A stretch of 64,000 bases of DNA, from positions 13,020,001 through 13,084,000 of the forward strand of contig CM102285.1 in assembly GCA_046563655.1 (NCBI GenBank), read 5' to 3'. Position numbers and translations under genes: made by a program. Shown here piece by piece: positions 11,643 to 25,900 of this stretch (its first letter is position 1; the number at the start of each line of letters is the position of its first letter). This stretch comes from Yuukianura sp. NJ FZ-2021. Lineage: Eukaryota. The notes beneath the pieces were generated by a model. The model was not told the origin of the DNA, ran no database searches, and worked only from the letters and a program-made list of their open reading frames with translations.

Positions 11643-12200
11643 ACAATCATTTTCATTCTTGCCTTTCAAACTTTTCAAATCCTTTGAAAAGTTAAACAAA
11701 AATACGAACGCCATTCCCAATTTGAATTCGGAATGTTTTTTATATACGTGTGATGTGGTATTCAGTAATTATTTGAAGAAATAAATTATAAAAAGCGTTA
11801 TTTTGATAACTCCTTGAAGTTTTTGCTTTTTTCTAATCAAGTCAACTCAGCAGCGATATTTCCGACATCCACAGTGCTCGGATGATGTGTAAAGCTTTTA
11901 ATTATGAAAACGATGATTCAATTTCTTGCTTAAGTTGGAGAAATGGCGTGTGGTAAACAATAAAATAACAAATGTAAAATCATATTGTAAAAACTTGAAT
12001 GTGCTACATAATAGGCTGGGGTTGACATTGGAACTTGGACTAGAGACTTATAGACTCACATCTTACGTTAGTTTTATAGTGACGCAGTGTAAATTAACCT
12101 ATTCGTATAATTAATGTGCACAAACGGTGCCCAATTAGCAAAGAGGCCTAAAATAGGACTGGAGATGAGTCAAAAGCCTACTGAATTAACACTGTTGCTT

Positions 12201-15200
12201 CTATTGATTTGTCTTAGTTCCAGGATTACTGCCGTCGTAGTAAATAAAACCTCCCAAGGACGACAGCTCAAGCGACATCCGTCGACCACGACGATGATTG
12301 TAGTTGGGCTGCCAAGTGTGAGTTCCCAGGTGAACCTGGAGGTCAAAGGTCATGTCAACTCTAGTTTCATTCAAAATTACACGTATTCAATCAGTTTTTT
12401 AAATACCTTGAGATTTCCTTTGGTCGTAAAGGCCTTCCCACAAACTGTGCACTTAAACGGCTTGTCTCCAGTCTAAAAATAAAAAAGAGCGTAAGAGGAA
12501 ATTGGTTCTTAAACAGGTTTTAAACAGTAGCACGTCGCAGATTTCTGGGAGACTTACATGGGTCCTCATGTGGATGTGTACAGAGGAATTGGAGCTAAAG
12601 TTTTTATGACAAACTTTGCACAAATATTTTGACTCGGGTCCAGATTGATTAGGCCTCGGAGGAGTACGACGTCGCTGCTGCGGAGATGGTGCTGGCGCAG
12701 TAGTTGGTGGACTTGGCGGTCGTTCTGGGATTGACTCCTTCTCTTGTTCCGTTTTTCTACCCTCCACGCCACTGCGGTTTTCTTCGCTTCCATCAGTCAT
12801 TGCGCTCAGCGGCGTCATTTCCTTATGAGACTCAGAAATTATTGACGACGGAGCCTCACTTCCATTACTCATCTTGCTACTTTCGTCGTCCGTGTCACCA
12901 TCTCCAATTGTACTCCTTGGGGATGTAGTTGCCGATGTTGTTTTGTGTGTCAATTGATGCTGCTTCATGTTACCCTAAAATATCCAAATTAAAGGTTTCG
13001 ACTTAGGAAATTGTCCAACACCAACAAAACTTTCGACTTACTCCACTCACCTTTGTAGAAAATCCTCGTTCACAAACGCCACATTTAAATGGCCTTTCTT
13101 TCGTGTGACTTCTGTAATGAATTTCCAGTGCAGAATTACAAGCAAAAGTTTTCAAGCAAATGTTGCATGTGGTTGAGCGTTGAAACGAAGGTGGGGCAAC
13201 GAGTATTTGCGGAGGCGGAGGTAGGAGAATGCTTGGCTGGAAACTTGACACTGGAGGAGATATCCAAGGACTTTCACTTTTAGGAACTCCGCTGGATTTC
13301 GAATTCGAACTGGATCCACTACTCCCACCAGTATGATTTCGGTTGGATTTTTTGTCTGTGAGGTCAAGTGGGGCCGCTTCATCAATTGTATTCACATGTT
13401 TCTCTAAAGCCATGATTGGTTGCATTGACATCATTGGAAAAAATGTTGGTGGGGCAAAGCTAACAGGAACGTTGATAGGAAGAGAAGCAATCGGCGGCAG
13501 TGACGGGGCACCGTTGGAGCTTCCATCGCTGACCTCTCCTGCTCGAATTTCATCTAAACTTAGGTCCGTTTCTTCACCAGTATGAAGTCGAATGTGCTGC
13601 TGCAAGACGAGACCATTGGCAAATCGCTTGTGACCTAAAAAAATATAAAAACAGGTCAAATTAAATGCGAATTGACATTAAAAATTCTTTAGAGTAAAAC
13701 TTACAGACTGGACACTGATGGTATACACGCAAGCTTGGTTTGATTCTATGTACACTCATGTGAGTTTTTAGGTTCCCTTTGGTCGTAAACGCTCTCGAAC
13801 AAATTTTACACTTGAACGGCCTCTCACCCGTATGCGTTCGGTAGTGCATTTGGAGCGCTGACTTACAACTGAGAACGCGATGACAGATGATGCATTGGTT
13901 GGGGTCAATGAGCTTATACTCTATCTGAAATAACGCAGACAAAAGAAAAAATTAAATTTCACGCCATACAATGAAAAACTAAAATTTAATTTTGGTAATG
14001 TTTTTTTTCTTGGAAAGTTTCAAGATTTTGCCCGCTTGCTTACGTTGTCGACAAGTTGCTGAAGTTTTGATGTTTCAGAGGCATGACTTATTTCTATGAG
14101 TGACTCCCAGGAATTGTCGTTTGACCCAGGTCGGGGTAGAAGGTGGTTGATTACTGCCGGGTGAAATGACGAAGGAGGCGGCGTCAAACAGCTTTTCGGA
14201 GGGGATGGAGATTGTTTCAGTTGAGGATATGTTGAAGTTGATGAGGGTCTTTGAGGTCTTGGCTAAAAAGATGAAGCGCATCATTTACATTTCAAAGTGG
14301 AAATCAATTTCAGCAAAATACTTTCACTTTGCTCTAAACTTTTCCTGAATCTTCCTTAACTGATCGAAAAAATCACCGTGTCAAAAAATTGAACTCACCT
14401 TGACTATACTATTTGTCTTTTGTTCCGGTAGGCTTTTGGAACTCATGACATCATAATCGTCTGATTTTTCACTCCAAGTGTCATTGTCCTCAGACACTTC
14501 TTCTTTGATTTTATCCTTGATGCTCAGATCCTCAGGAACAATAGGAGACTCTACATTTTCATCCATTCGAACGTTTGGCTCTGGCGTTTGAACGGTCCTC
14601 TCCGGAGGCCCTCCAATGACTTTCCATGGTTTGACATCGTCCATGTCATCGGGACAGAGTGGTGGATGTAAAGCGTCTAGATGTTCCGGAATTGGATGTG
14701 GATTCATCTTAATATGTGGAAATTTGAGTGCATGTCGCTGGAAATGAACTTTTAGGTTCCCTTTAGTTGTGAATCGACTTCCACAAATGTTGCATTTAAA
14801 CGGCCTAAATGTACAATATCCAAAAATTATAATTAAACTAATTAAATTACAATTAAATTCGTAATGAAATTGTGTTTAAAAAGTTACCTTTCTCCTGTGT
14901 GGGATCTGATGTGAATCTGCAGAGCTGAGTCAGAACCGAAAATCTGAAATGACAACAAGTCACAGCCAGCGATTCTTAAAAACTCAATTTCTTTCAAAAT
15001 TCAATTTCACAAATCCAATTTGAACTTTATCCTAAAGTTTGTTGAAAATTTCAAACTTTTTACAAAATTTCTGCTTACCTTTCCGCAGTATCGACACCGA
15101 TGCTTGAAAAATGTTGAATTGGACTCTTTTACAGTCTTCTTCTCAATACTTGAGAGATTAATTTCAAGCAATTGAGAATTGAGTACTTCTTGTGTCCTTT

Positions 15201-18200
15201 TAGTCAAAAGATCCAGAGAATTGATTGTAGATTCTTTAATTTCATTTAATTTCGGTGACAGAGGCCTGTAGGGATCCAGGTTTGTGTCCAGAGAAGGTGG
15301 AGATGGAATCGTCGTAGTTGTGGCCGTCGCAGTTGGTCCACCACCACTCAAATTGGCTGAACTGATAGCTTGTGCTGGAGTGTTTGACCTAGGCGGCGGT
15401 GGACTTGGTGTCGCAGGGGGTTTGTAGCCCTCGTCGTCAATGGATTCTTTTGGAGATTCGTTGACTTCTTCCAGTGTCGGTGACACGTCGTCTAGTCGTT
15501 CCTGGTACTGTTTGAACAGAAGCAGTTGCTGCTGTAAGATGAGGTTGATGTTAGGATTTGTCGACTGTTCTTGTCGCAATAAGTCGTACAGAAGCGGGAG
15601 ATTGATGAGGTTATTAATTGTAGAGTGGAGGAGGGGGGTTGGTGTCGGCGTAGGGTCAGGAGAGGCCTTGAACTTTTTGAAGGGAGACGTCGTAGACGTG
15701 GTGGTGCTGCTGGTTGAGCTGCTCGAATCCGACAGGACGCCGTCATCTTCTGTTAAAACAAACAAAAAAAGAGGTTGGCCCATTAGCACTCGTCCTTAAG
15801 TCAAGTGTGCTAATTAGGCAGTAACCCAATCCAGAAAATGAAGTGAAAAGGATAGGTTTCATTAGCCTTTATATTAATATTTTTAGGCTAATGTTGTTTA
15901 TAGTTAAAGCAGCCATATGCAGAAGCTATAAAGTTTCAGGTTTTAATTCCGTGTGATTGAAACTTGATTGTTCGATCTCTTAAGGCCGCCGCGGCGTCAT
16001 TTTAATGTGAGAAGACCTCTTCGATGGAACCTGAAAGTAATAGCTACGCTAGGCTTCATTCCCGACCGGTTTTACTTCTTGTGTAACTTTATCAAGATTA
16101 TTCATATTTTCCAAATCAAGAAAATACAACTGCGCCCTTTCAGAAAACTTCACACAAAAATTTAATGACAATCTCTCATAATTTTTTTCATCTCGTCTTT
16201 TGATCTAAACTTTCAAGAAGTGGTAAGATGTGACCCAGAATTAAAACAATGACCACTCGTGCATAAATTCAACACTTAAATTTTCCTAAAAGAAAAACAG
16301 AAACCATTTTCAACTTTTTTTTTCTTTTTCAAAACCAAGTTTTTCAAGGTAGACATGATGCTCGCCAGTTAACGCCAAACCCACAGTGCTCTTTCCTTTC
16401 TTATTTTTGCCTCCTGCTGTGTCCCGTAGGGTCACAATCCGCCCTGACATAACCTAACGCTAACCTATCCTAAATGGCCCAAATTTTGACAAGATAATTC
16501 CATTTGACATTTCCACTCTGTGTCAAATTATGAACTTTACTACTACACTCAAACTGATGAGTTATAGTAGTTTACACACTAAAGTTACGCATTATGTCAA
16601 CGTATGGCACCAGAAGAGGGGGATGAAGGATAGCGTAAGTAGTAGAGGGGGAAGGAACTGGAAGATCTAAAAGTCTCATCAAATTACACGGTCCTGAGCC
16701 CTTGTTCAAACAAAATGAAATGGGGGAAGACAGGAAGGGCAACAATCTTTGCTAAGATTCGATTCGCACGCATTGCGACAACTTTTAGACATTCACAAAA
16801 CTAAAGCTGAGCATAGGCTCAAGTGAAGTGAATCCTTCTGACGCTTCTGACTAAAAAAGAAAAGAAGAACAAAAGAATGAAAATATTGTCAAGAGGATCT
16901 TCCCCTGTTTGGAAGTGTCAACCAAGTACCTTGAATCACCATCATCATCATCGTCATCCCCAAAAATCTACTCCAAAAGCTTTGACAGAAAACGATTCCC
17001 CCGTGGGGACTTTGAGACCCTCAATCACAACTTTTTTTTCCGGGAAGATACACTAGAAATTTTTCGGAGGGGTGAATCTAATACTATCATATTGCGGATA
17101 CAACATACCCCAAGTGGATTCACTGCATCAAAAAATGTACAAAATCCATTTCCAAAAACGTCTCTCTTCAAACATTTGTTCAAACAAGAAAACTCAAGGA
17201 AATCCGCATTTTCATTTATAAGTTATAAATGTCAGAAACGAAAATATAAAATGGAAACTGCCTCGTGCGAAAATCAAGTTTTTAAATAGCCAATTAATTC
17301 TAATGTGCTAAAAAGTACAAATCAATTAAAGACTTTTTTTGTTCTCTTCAACAATAGGAAAATGTTTTGCTCGGATTTTTACGCCTTTAAAACTCAATTC
17401 AACAAAGTTGATTCTTCTATTGAAAGTCACCAAAAATTAAAATTCATCAAAAAATCATCAAAATTCATTAATCAGCTACCACTAAATAGCAGGCAACTGA
17501 TCAAAGCAGTCCAGCAAAGCCCAAAGCAACTCCCAAACTTGAATTGACCAAAACCTGACGACTTCATTTTGTGTCATGTTCAATGCAAATTCAAAGTGAC
17601 AATAAATATTAAATTTTTTTAAAAGAAGCAGCAAAAACTCACTTTGCCCAAAGGAAAATTATGATGATGATGACTTTTCTTCTTTTGTTTTGCGAATAAA
17701 TTAAGATTTTTGATACTGAAGAAATACAAAAAGTTAAAAGTCAGGGCAGTCAAGCAAAGCAGTAACTTTTTGGTAACATTACGGCATTCCTTCTGATGAA
17801 TCTTCCTTAAAGAAGAGAGAGAGATACTTATCACCACCACCACCTAAGACTTTTAAGCAGTAGGCTACATAATGACCCCATCGAGAACTTTAGCCTAAGT
17901 TTTTAATAACAACGATTTCATCAAGAATTTCGGAGTGAACCAGACAAAACAATAGCCATTAAGATTCCTTATTCCTTCACACGTACACCGAAAGTCATCT
18001 GCCCAAAACCAAAAACAGAACCAAGGTCAAAGGTCATCAAAACCGAAAACCAAAATCCTACCAGTAAAACTTTTCGTTTTGCTATAAATTATGACTCTTT
18101 GCTATAAAAAAAATTTAGGCGTTTACGAATAAGTGTTGAATTACTGCACTGTTAGGCTTAATCCACCTCTGTACATTTTTAAGTGTTAAGGTTAACCTAA

Positions 18201-19909
18201 TATGAAGAGAGGTGTTTCATAAAAACCAAAATGTCGCTCATCTATCTTAGGTTTGCCAACACTTTTAATAAAATTATTCTTATAAATCACAGTACACGTA
18301 TCTCTTGTCTCTTTTCGTCAAGCTAATGGCACAGAAAAAGCTTGTAATTGGCTCTGAGCCAAAGAATCAAATCCCATTTGATTCTTTTACTATGTCGAGT
18401 GTCTTTCTTAAAAGATGCGATGGATACAGTTAAAACATAAGAAGATGAGATCGGTATTGTGTCGTGTATGTCGCAAAAAAGAAAGAAAAAAGTTGACTTG
18501 AATTCTGTTGTTTCATGATTTAGTTGCTCATCTCGGTATTTTTCTAATCTTCGGTGGAGCTCATCTCCTTTTGTTCTTTTTTAAAAACTGAGTTCCAGAG
18601 AAGTGGGAAGGCGGATTAACTTCGTAAATTGGAACTGATTCAGAAAATGGTTAAAAACGACTTTAGTGAGTGTACTCCATAGTAATACGTAGCGTAAGAA
18701 GTCTCCGAAGGAGACAAGAACAATCCGAAATGCGGGTAACAAAAGATGGGAAAAGCGGAAAGGCACGTTCCAGACGGAAGTTAGTGGAGAATCCAATTTA
18801 GGATTAGGAATGAATTCCATCTGTAAAAGGAGCTTAAGAACGGGAAAAGCGACTTAACTACACAGCCTAACACTTTCTCCCTTGTTTCAAAAACAAACTT
18901 ATAGTTAAACCTAACCGCAGCGGCACTTTTACAACTTTTGAGACGTTTTAATATATCTCAATCCAGATTTTAAGTTTTAATAAAAAATACCAAAAATTTG
19001 AACCGCTTAAACTTAAACATTTCTGATCTAAATTTCAATCGAAAGATGATAAGTTTTTTAAAAACCAATACTTCGAGAAAAAGGAATTGAAAACTTCCAA
19101 AATACGAACATAAAACGTGAATCCAATATCACATATACTTCTCATTGAAACTGAACCTCCTCATCAAAAACTTTTCTCACCAAGTTTTTAAAAAATTAAA
19201 TCGGCGCAATATTTATTCTGTTTCCAACTATTCTTTCAATTCTTCAACTTTTTGAAAAATATGCTTTAAAAACGCCGATTCTTGAAATTCTAGATCCTGT
19301 TAAGAACATTTACAAATTACATCGAAATTTCAAATTAAAAACGAATTTGGAAATTGCATCCGAGCTGCAAATACTGCAAAATTATTTCCCTAATGTTTTT
19401 GAACGTTAATTAAACAAAATGAGAATTTTTCCTCGCTTTGTCAAAAATCTTTTATAATTTTCAAAACCGAGAAAATTCCAATTAATTTTTTTTTCTGACA
19501 AAAGGAAGCTTTTGGATTTTTACGTCTTTTCAAAATTGAAGTACCGAGGTGTGAGAATCACGAAAAACAGTAAAAGTTCTACAATGTTTTTTCCGTAAAG
19601 CAATTTTAATTGAACGGAAAACTAAAACTCATCATCTTTTACCACCCATCTTTTCAGAGTCTTTTTTTAAACTTTTTTTTTATACGCTACGCTTCAAAAG
19701 TTTTGAAATGAATCGGTGCATGATCTCGACTCAATTCATTCTGATATCCTGTCCGCACTTTAATCGAACTCAAAAGATGACAAAAGGAAGTTACATCATT
19801 TAAAAATTGAAAAGGCTGTTTTTTTACCTTCACCAATTCGATTTGGTTTAGATTGCTTCCGCCGTCGTGTTCCTCTGCTCGAGTTGCTAATTTCCGTTGG
19901 ATTCAGCAT
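12201..19909 (-). CDS. sal: Spalt/SALL family C2H2 zinc-finger transcription factor, 10 coding exons, ~951 aa
   Basis: Exons (5'->3', minus): 19909-19828, 15749-15079, 14943-14888, 14804-14399, 14262-14044, 13924-13705, 13634-13051, 12974-12558, 12472-12407, 12335-12201, all GT-AG and phase-consistent. Four SALL finger clusters (9 C2H2 fingers) with SAL-boxes [16 protein letters not shown], plus [24 protein letters not shown], a Q-rich segment, C-terminal RRGRRMS and an N-terminal [11 protein letters not shown] motif. Confidence 0.95.
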
Positions 19910-22900
19910 CGTCGTTAATGGTTGTTGTGTCCTCAGTCAAGGTATGAACACTTTGATTTTGTTTCACTAAAATTCAAAAACAAAACTGTTGACCATTGGT
20001 CTGGCCGCCCGTGAACTTTTTGTGACCCAATTTAGCAACGTTTTGGTCACAGCACCAAACCCCGTTTTCAAAAACTGAACAATATTCAATTGTTGCAGCA
20101 GTAGTTTCAGCGTCATAAACCCCCTTCCCTTCAACCTCACCCATTTACATCTCATTGACGTCCATAAATCATAAAAGAACAAAACTTTACAATCAGTAGT
20201 CCTCCAAAAGATGACCCCTTCGTGACCTTCCAGTCAGACGGACACAAAGAGCAAACTTTCAATTGTCCAAAACTGTTCACTTCAACTGGGATTTTGAAAA
20301 TGATCATAAATGAGAATAGGGGTTTGAAGTACCTTTTGGCTCTTGCCTTCTTCCAAAAACTAAAAGCCCAACGAACTGGTGGTCACTTTGGCACAATTCC
20401 CAAAAATTTCACAAAACAATGACAGCAGCGACAAGCGTTCTACTCCACCTGCCCCCGACTCTTGAACCGCTGACTTGACCGTGCGGAACGGTTTTTGTAG
20501 AGAACAATAGAGAGTCGAATGTCCACTGCTGTCGTCGTCCTGCTTTCATCCCCCACAAAGAGACCAGGGGCAGTTCCGGTGTGTATCCTGCTGGAACTTA
20601 TGATTAGTATTACAGGAAGAGATCTTTTTGGAGATGCTCCCTCGTCGACGGAGCCGAAGAGCTGAGTGTGAGACGGGGGATGTTCTGCCTGTTCTGGTTG
20701 CCGAAGATGATACGGGCGAGGCAGGAAGACTTTTGAGTTTTCATAACTTGCCTTTCCCTCGTACACTAGCTTGTGCTGGCACCTTCACAACTGCAAAGCT
20801 TAGGAAGCAGCAGCAGCAGCGTCCAGTTTCTCCGTTTGGGGTGGAGTCTCCCATCGTAACTTGTCAAAATCCTCATCGTAAGACTCCGACTACGGAGGCG
20901 GAGAATATTTTTCCTCCAAAAGCTTTATTACCAAGCTCCACCCTCTGCTCTCCAACAGCTTGCTTTGGCTTCAGCAGTCCAAACAGTATTCCGCCGATGG
21001 AATTATGGAAACCCCTTCTGTCCACCACGAAGGCTAGTAGGGTCTTAGGACTCATCCCTTCGACTCACTCCGATGGACAAGCTCATCTTCTTCGTCGAAA
21101 CCATGGCAACGGGATTACGAACTGACCACATTGCCAGCAGCAGCAGCGTTTCCCGAGCAGAGGCGCAGGCTGGACTCTGTTCGTCCGGTCGATAAACGTC
21201 TTCTTCCATCTGATTCATGACCTCCCATTGCTCGGAAGGAAACTGGACGCAGGATCCCTTGAAAACCAGAAGAAGAAAGCAGACATTTTGATTGAAAATA
21301 ATGTCAAGCTCCGAACGAACCACTCAGACACTTAGGGAATTAAAGAGACACTTTGGACGGATGGGCGAAGTTGAATCTTACCCAGGGAATTCTTTCGTCT
21401 CTTTTTCTTCTTGTCCGAGGCGTTATAATCCCAATCTCATCCCTTTTCTCCACTGGGCATCGGGGGACATTTTATGTCAAATCAACAAAATCTGTGGAAA
21501 AAACGAGAAAAAATAACATTTGAAAAAGTTTCATGTGAGGGACCAAGGGATTACACGTCCATCTTCAAAATAAACACGAGAAAATTGATCGAATTGAATC
21601 GAACAATCCGACAAAGAATCAAAATTCTCTGTCTTTCGTACAATCACATTTTAAATTTTTGAAAAACTATAAAATTCATTTTCAGAAAATAATTTTAGCC
21701 CATTCAAACCCAAAACACGAACAAGAAATACTGCCAAAAATAATTGAACCACAAACTACAATAATCCCAAGTTTTAAAATTTCCAAAAGATCTTCATACT
21801 GTCAACTTTTGGCTTAAAACATTTCACTTTACACACAGCTTCAACCCATTTAAAATGTAACGTTGCGTCTCGAATTCTCTCGTTTTTTCAGCTTTTACAT
21901 TCACTTTGAAATGGAAAACCGAAAAAACGAAAATGAGAGAAAAAAACGGGATTTATTTTCACCAAAAGCCAAACTCATCCTCATTTTCTTTTTTTCATTT
22001 TGAAAAGTACGCAATTATGGTAAGGCTTTTTCAAGATTTCGTTCGTTTAGGGATGCGAGTTGAGTGAAGAAGATTTTCTCTTTCCTCCTTTTTTCCATTT
22101 TTGCTTTTCAAATTTTATGGTCTCCCTTCATTGGATTTGATGGAAATTTTCAAATTAATTTTGATTTCAAACTCAAATGGAGGGAGAAAAAGAGACAAGC
22201 GAGTAGAAAGGGGGTTCTTGAAATATAAATGAAAATTCAGAGTTGATTTTGGGTGCTTCCAGCGTACCAGCAGCGATTCAGCGCTACTTTGGCTGGAAGG
22301 AGGGTCCTCATCTCCTCCCTTGTCAATATTTTCCTTGTCTCAAACACAGGACAGACTAAACTAAAAGTTACGGAATTCATCAGAACTGTTCTAACGTTGT
22401 TGGTTAAGGCAGAGGACGAAGGGGGAGGAGAAGAAGCAAATTGATTAATCATTGATTTTTCATCAACTTTTTGTCATTAGCCACTTTCCCCTGCGCACAT
22501 CATCCCAAATTCTCTTCCTCATTTCTGCTCACAGCCAGCATCTCCCGGGGAAAATTGTCCAAAATGTCACCGTCACCAGAAGATTCCCGGGCACTTCCAG
22601 CTTTTCCAAAAACTTTCCATATGGAAGAATGACAAGTCCCTTTACTACCCAAACGACTCAACCCTAAATTGAATCAACTGCTGGAGACTGATCCTCCAGA
22701 ACTCATCAGACCTAGATCCAATTGATCAAGATTACAATGAGATTAGTACTGTACAAATGCTGCTACTGGAGATCTCTGGAAAGTGTAAAGGATGGAGGAG
22801 GGTGCGAGTTTTAGATCCAAAGTTCATTTGCAAGTTGCAACTTTTACGACAAGTGCCCTTGGAACACAAAATCGATCTTCCGTTTGTCTCTGTCAGTCAA

Positions 22901-25900
22901 ACGGTTCTTGGTCTTTCGGTCGTTACGCTGCTGCAAGCATTCAGAAACTCTTTTACAAAATTCAGTATAAGTCTAACCTTCTCTCCTTCCTACGACTAAA
23001 CCTAAGGAAACACAATGCGTATTTGCTAAGAGACACTTACACCGACTCTGACTTTCGGGTGGAAAGACCTCTCTTCTTTACCATAAAAACCTAATGCCAA
23101 AACTTTGAAAAAAAAAGCTCCAAAAGAAAAGGATTCTGGGGGAAGAAGCAAGTCTAACTTTCCTTTTTACGTTACTGAACGAATTGAAAAGTTAGGCAAG
23201 CTCAACAGATATTTTTTTCGAAAAAGAGAAAAAAACGAAATGGGTTTCAAAGAACCGAAAAAGCACCAGCTAGTTCCACCGACCGCCCGAGCGTCTTTGG
23301 AGACACAAAGGAAGTTAGTAGTGCCTGCATTTTCAACGCACTTTGGCACACTTGAACATCAAAGTACTTCCGTCGGCCTTCCACCAAAACTGAATAAGGC
23401 TTTTAAAGTGAATTGCAAACTGCAACCAAGCACACCGTAGAATGCAGATTCTTAACAACTTTAACCGGTTCTCTTTTGCAAACAAACACAAACGCCGAAG
23501 CGACCACCAACGATCCTAAACCACGCCGAGAGCCATCATCATCCCTTCTCAAAATGTTACAATTTTCGCACATTCTATTGTGCGAAAACCAGAGTCTGTA
23601 CAACCTGAATTTCCACTTTTTTTTTTCGCTCGCAATCGCAACAGAGAGACGAAAATTCAAAATTTGCAGAAAATTCAAAAATTTTGCTCAAAATTGTTCA
23701 CAGCATGAACCAAAAGCACCCCGAACTCCCCGAAAACTAAAGTTATGATTGTGATTGTTTTTGTAAGGAAGCGTGCGTCGAGGGCCCTTCAAACACTGGA
23801 GCCCTTCTGCCCTCCGCCTGTCCCTCTCTGACGACGTCGCTGGTTCAGTTCCATCGCTGAAAGACAAACAAAAGGGAGCCTCGAAGGGCCTCCGTCTTCT
23901 ACTTAACTCCTTCCTCCCTTTCCAATGAATATCCATGTCTTTCACGCATATTGAGTTTCACTTGACGTGACTGAAAAACACAGAGGGAAGAAAAAAGCAT
24001 ACGGCACACGGCTTGTCATACGCTACGCTTCCTTAAAATAACAGTAGCAAAAATCTCTCAAGATTCCGTCACATCCAGATTAATCCGATTCATTTCCTCT
24101 GCACTCAATTTCATTCCTTCAAGAAGCTAAAAATAAGAAGAGACACAAAAACATTAGTCACTTTCTATTGTCACAGGAGACAGAAAGCACTGCCTCTGAA
24201 TTAGTCAAGGGCAAAGGGTGTACAACAACATACCGACGAGGGGAACAAAACAAAAATTGTACAAAGTCATGCTATGCAATCAAAGCAAATCTGAGGCGGA
24301 TTATTATGAAACGGAAAATGAAGGTTTTAGAAACAACTGTTTCAGACCCACGCTCCTTTTCGCTTCCCATCACTTTGGAACAAGAAAACTTAAGAGGGAA
24401 TAAGAGGGTATTAGTAGGCTGTTTTAGTAGAGAACTTTAAATAACATTTTACAATGTATACACATTGCCAACTGATAAATAATGGATACAATTCTCAGCC
24501 AACTTGATTAAACATTTGAACTCTTTAAGCACAGGCCCTACTTTTACCAAAATATTATTCTCACAGAACCAATTCTAAAAAGCCTTCAACAAAATAAGCT
24601 CATCTTCATCAAAACCGTTTGAATTCATAAAATTTTGAAACCCTGACAGAACTTAACTTTATGTGACAAATTATTCGTGACAAATTTCAACGCCCATCAA
24701 AATTTCATGAAAATCTGGATTAGATAAAAAACTTTTTCCCGAATTCGTATAATTAAAATTTGATTTTGAACTTTGATCTCATTGGAAAAATTATTATCAA
24801 GTAGAGCAAAATTTAACTTCACAACAATGTATCAGTTGTTTCACGTTTAACTTCGCTTGTAGACGAGCAGAAAAACAGAAATTTTAAAAAATTCTCGAGA
24901 ATTGAAAAAAAAATCATTTCAAAATTATTTCATCATTCGGAAAATGAAAATTAAACAAAATTTGTTCAAGTCAACAAAAAGGCGACAACTTTTTAACAAA
25001 TTTGGTGCAATAAGATGGAAAAAAGGCTTTTAGCATTTTTGTTTTTAAATTAAAAAGAAACCGTTTTGAGCCAAGTTTTCTTTTTTTGAAAACGATGAGA
25101 TGAGGGAAGATGGTGGTGATGAATCTGACTCAAAAGAATTCATATCCTAATCCTAAATCCATTTTAAGTACAACATACCAAAAAACTATGAAAAAGTTTG
25201 CGTAGGTCGAGCGCAGGGCAAGTTTATACGCTAAAACCAAAAACTTTTTTTTTGTTCTGAACAAGATCTCCATCTGCAATGCGCCTAAAATTCCCCCTGT
25301 TCTAACTTCTCACTTTCTTCCCCCATTCCATCTCTCATTAAATATCTTTATTTCCCTTTTCTCATCTTTTCTTCTTTTGAAATAATAAACACAATTTGTG
25401 ACAAAAAATCCAGTTTGAAGACGAGAGAACATTTCCAGCCTCCAACTTCTTGAGCTTCCTTCTATCACACCAAGAAACAGAAGAAAAATTGTTGTTTAGG
25501 GGCTAAAAATAGGATTTTTGGAAGGTTTTTCTTAAGAAAAGAAAAGAAGAATATTTCCCAGGGAAGAATTTTTGTGTAAAGTCCGGGATGATGTCCCTTG
25601 GCATTTCCCGGAGACTTCCACCAAAAAGTTATTTAAGAACAAAACGTCTCCTCAAAATGCATTGTTTCCCCGGGAAAAGTTAGAACCAAATGAAGAAAGA
25701 ACGAACATCATCTTCCTAGCTAGACTAGCAGCAGCACAACCAAAAAAAAAGTACGAGCAAAAACCATAAGCTTTTTGGACAGAGAAATGAGGAGATTTAT
25801 CTTCTTTTCTACACAAAATTTTTTTCTCGGTCTTTCTTCATGTTTCAAAAAAAAATCATCCCTAGTGCTTTCTGCTTCTTTTACAACAAACGTCTCTTCT

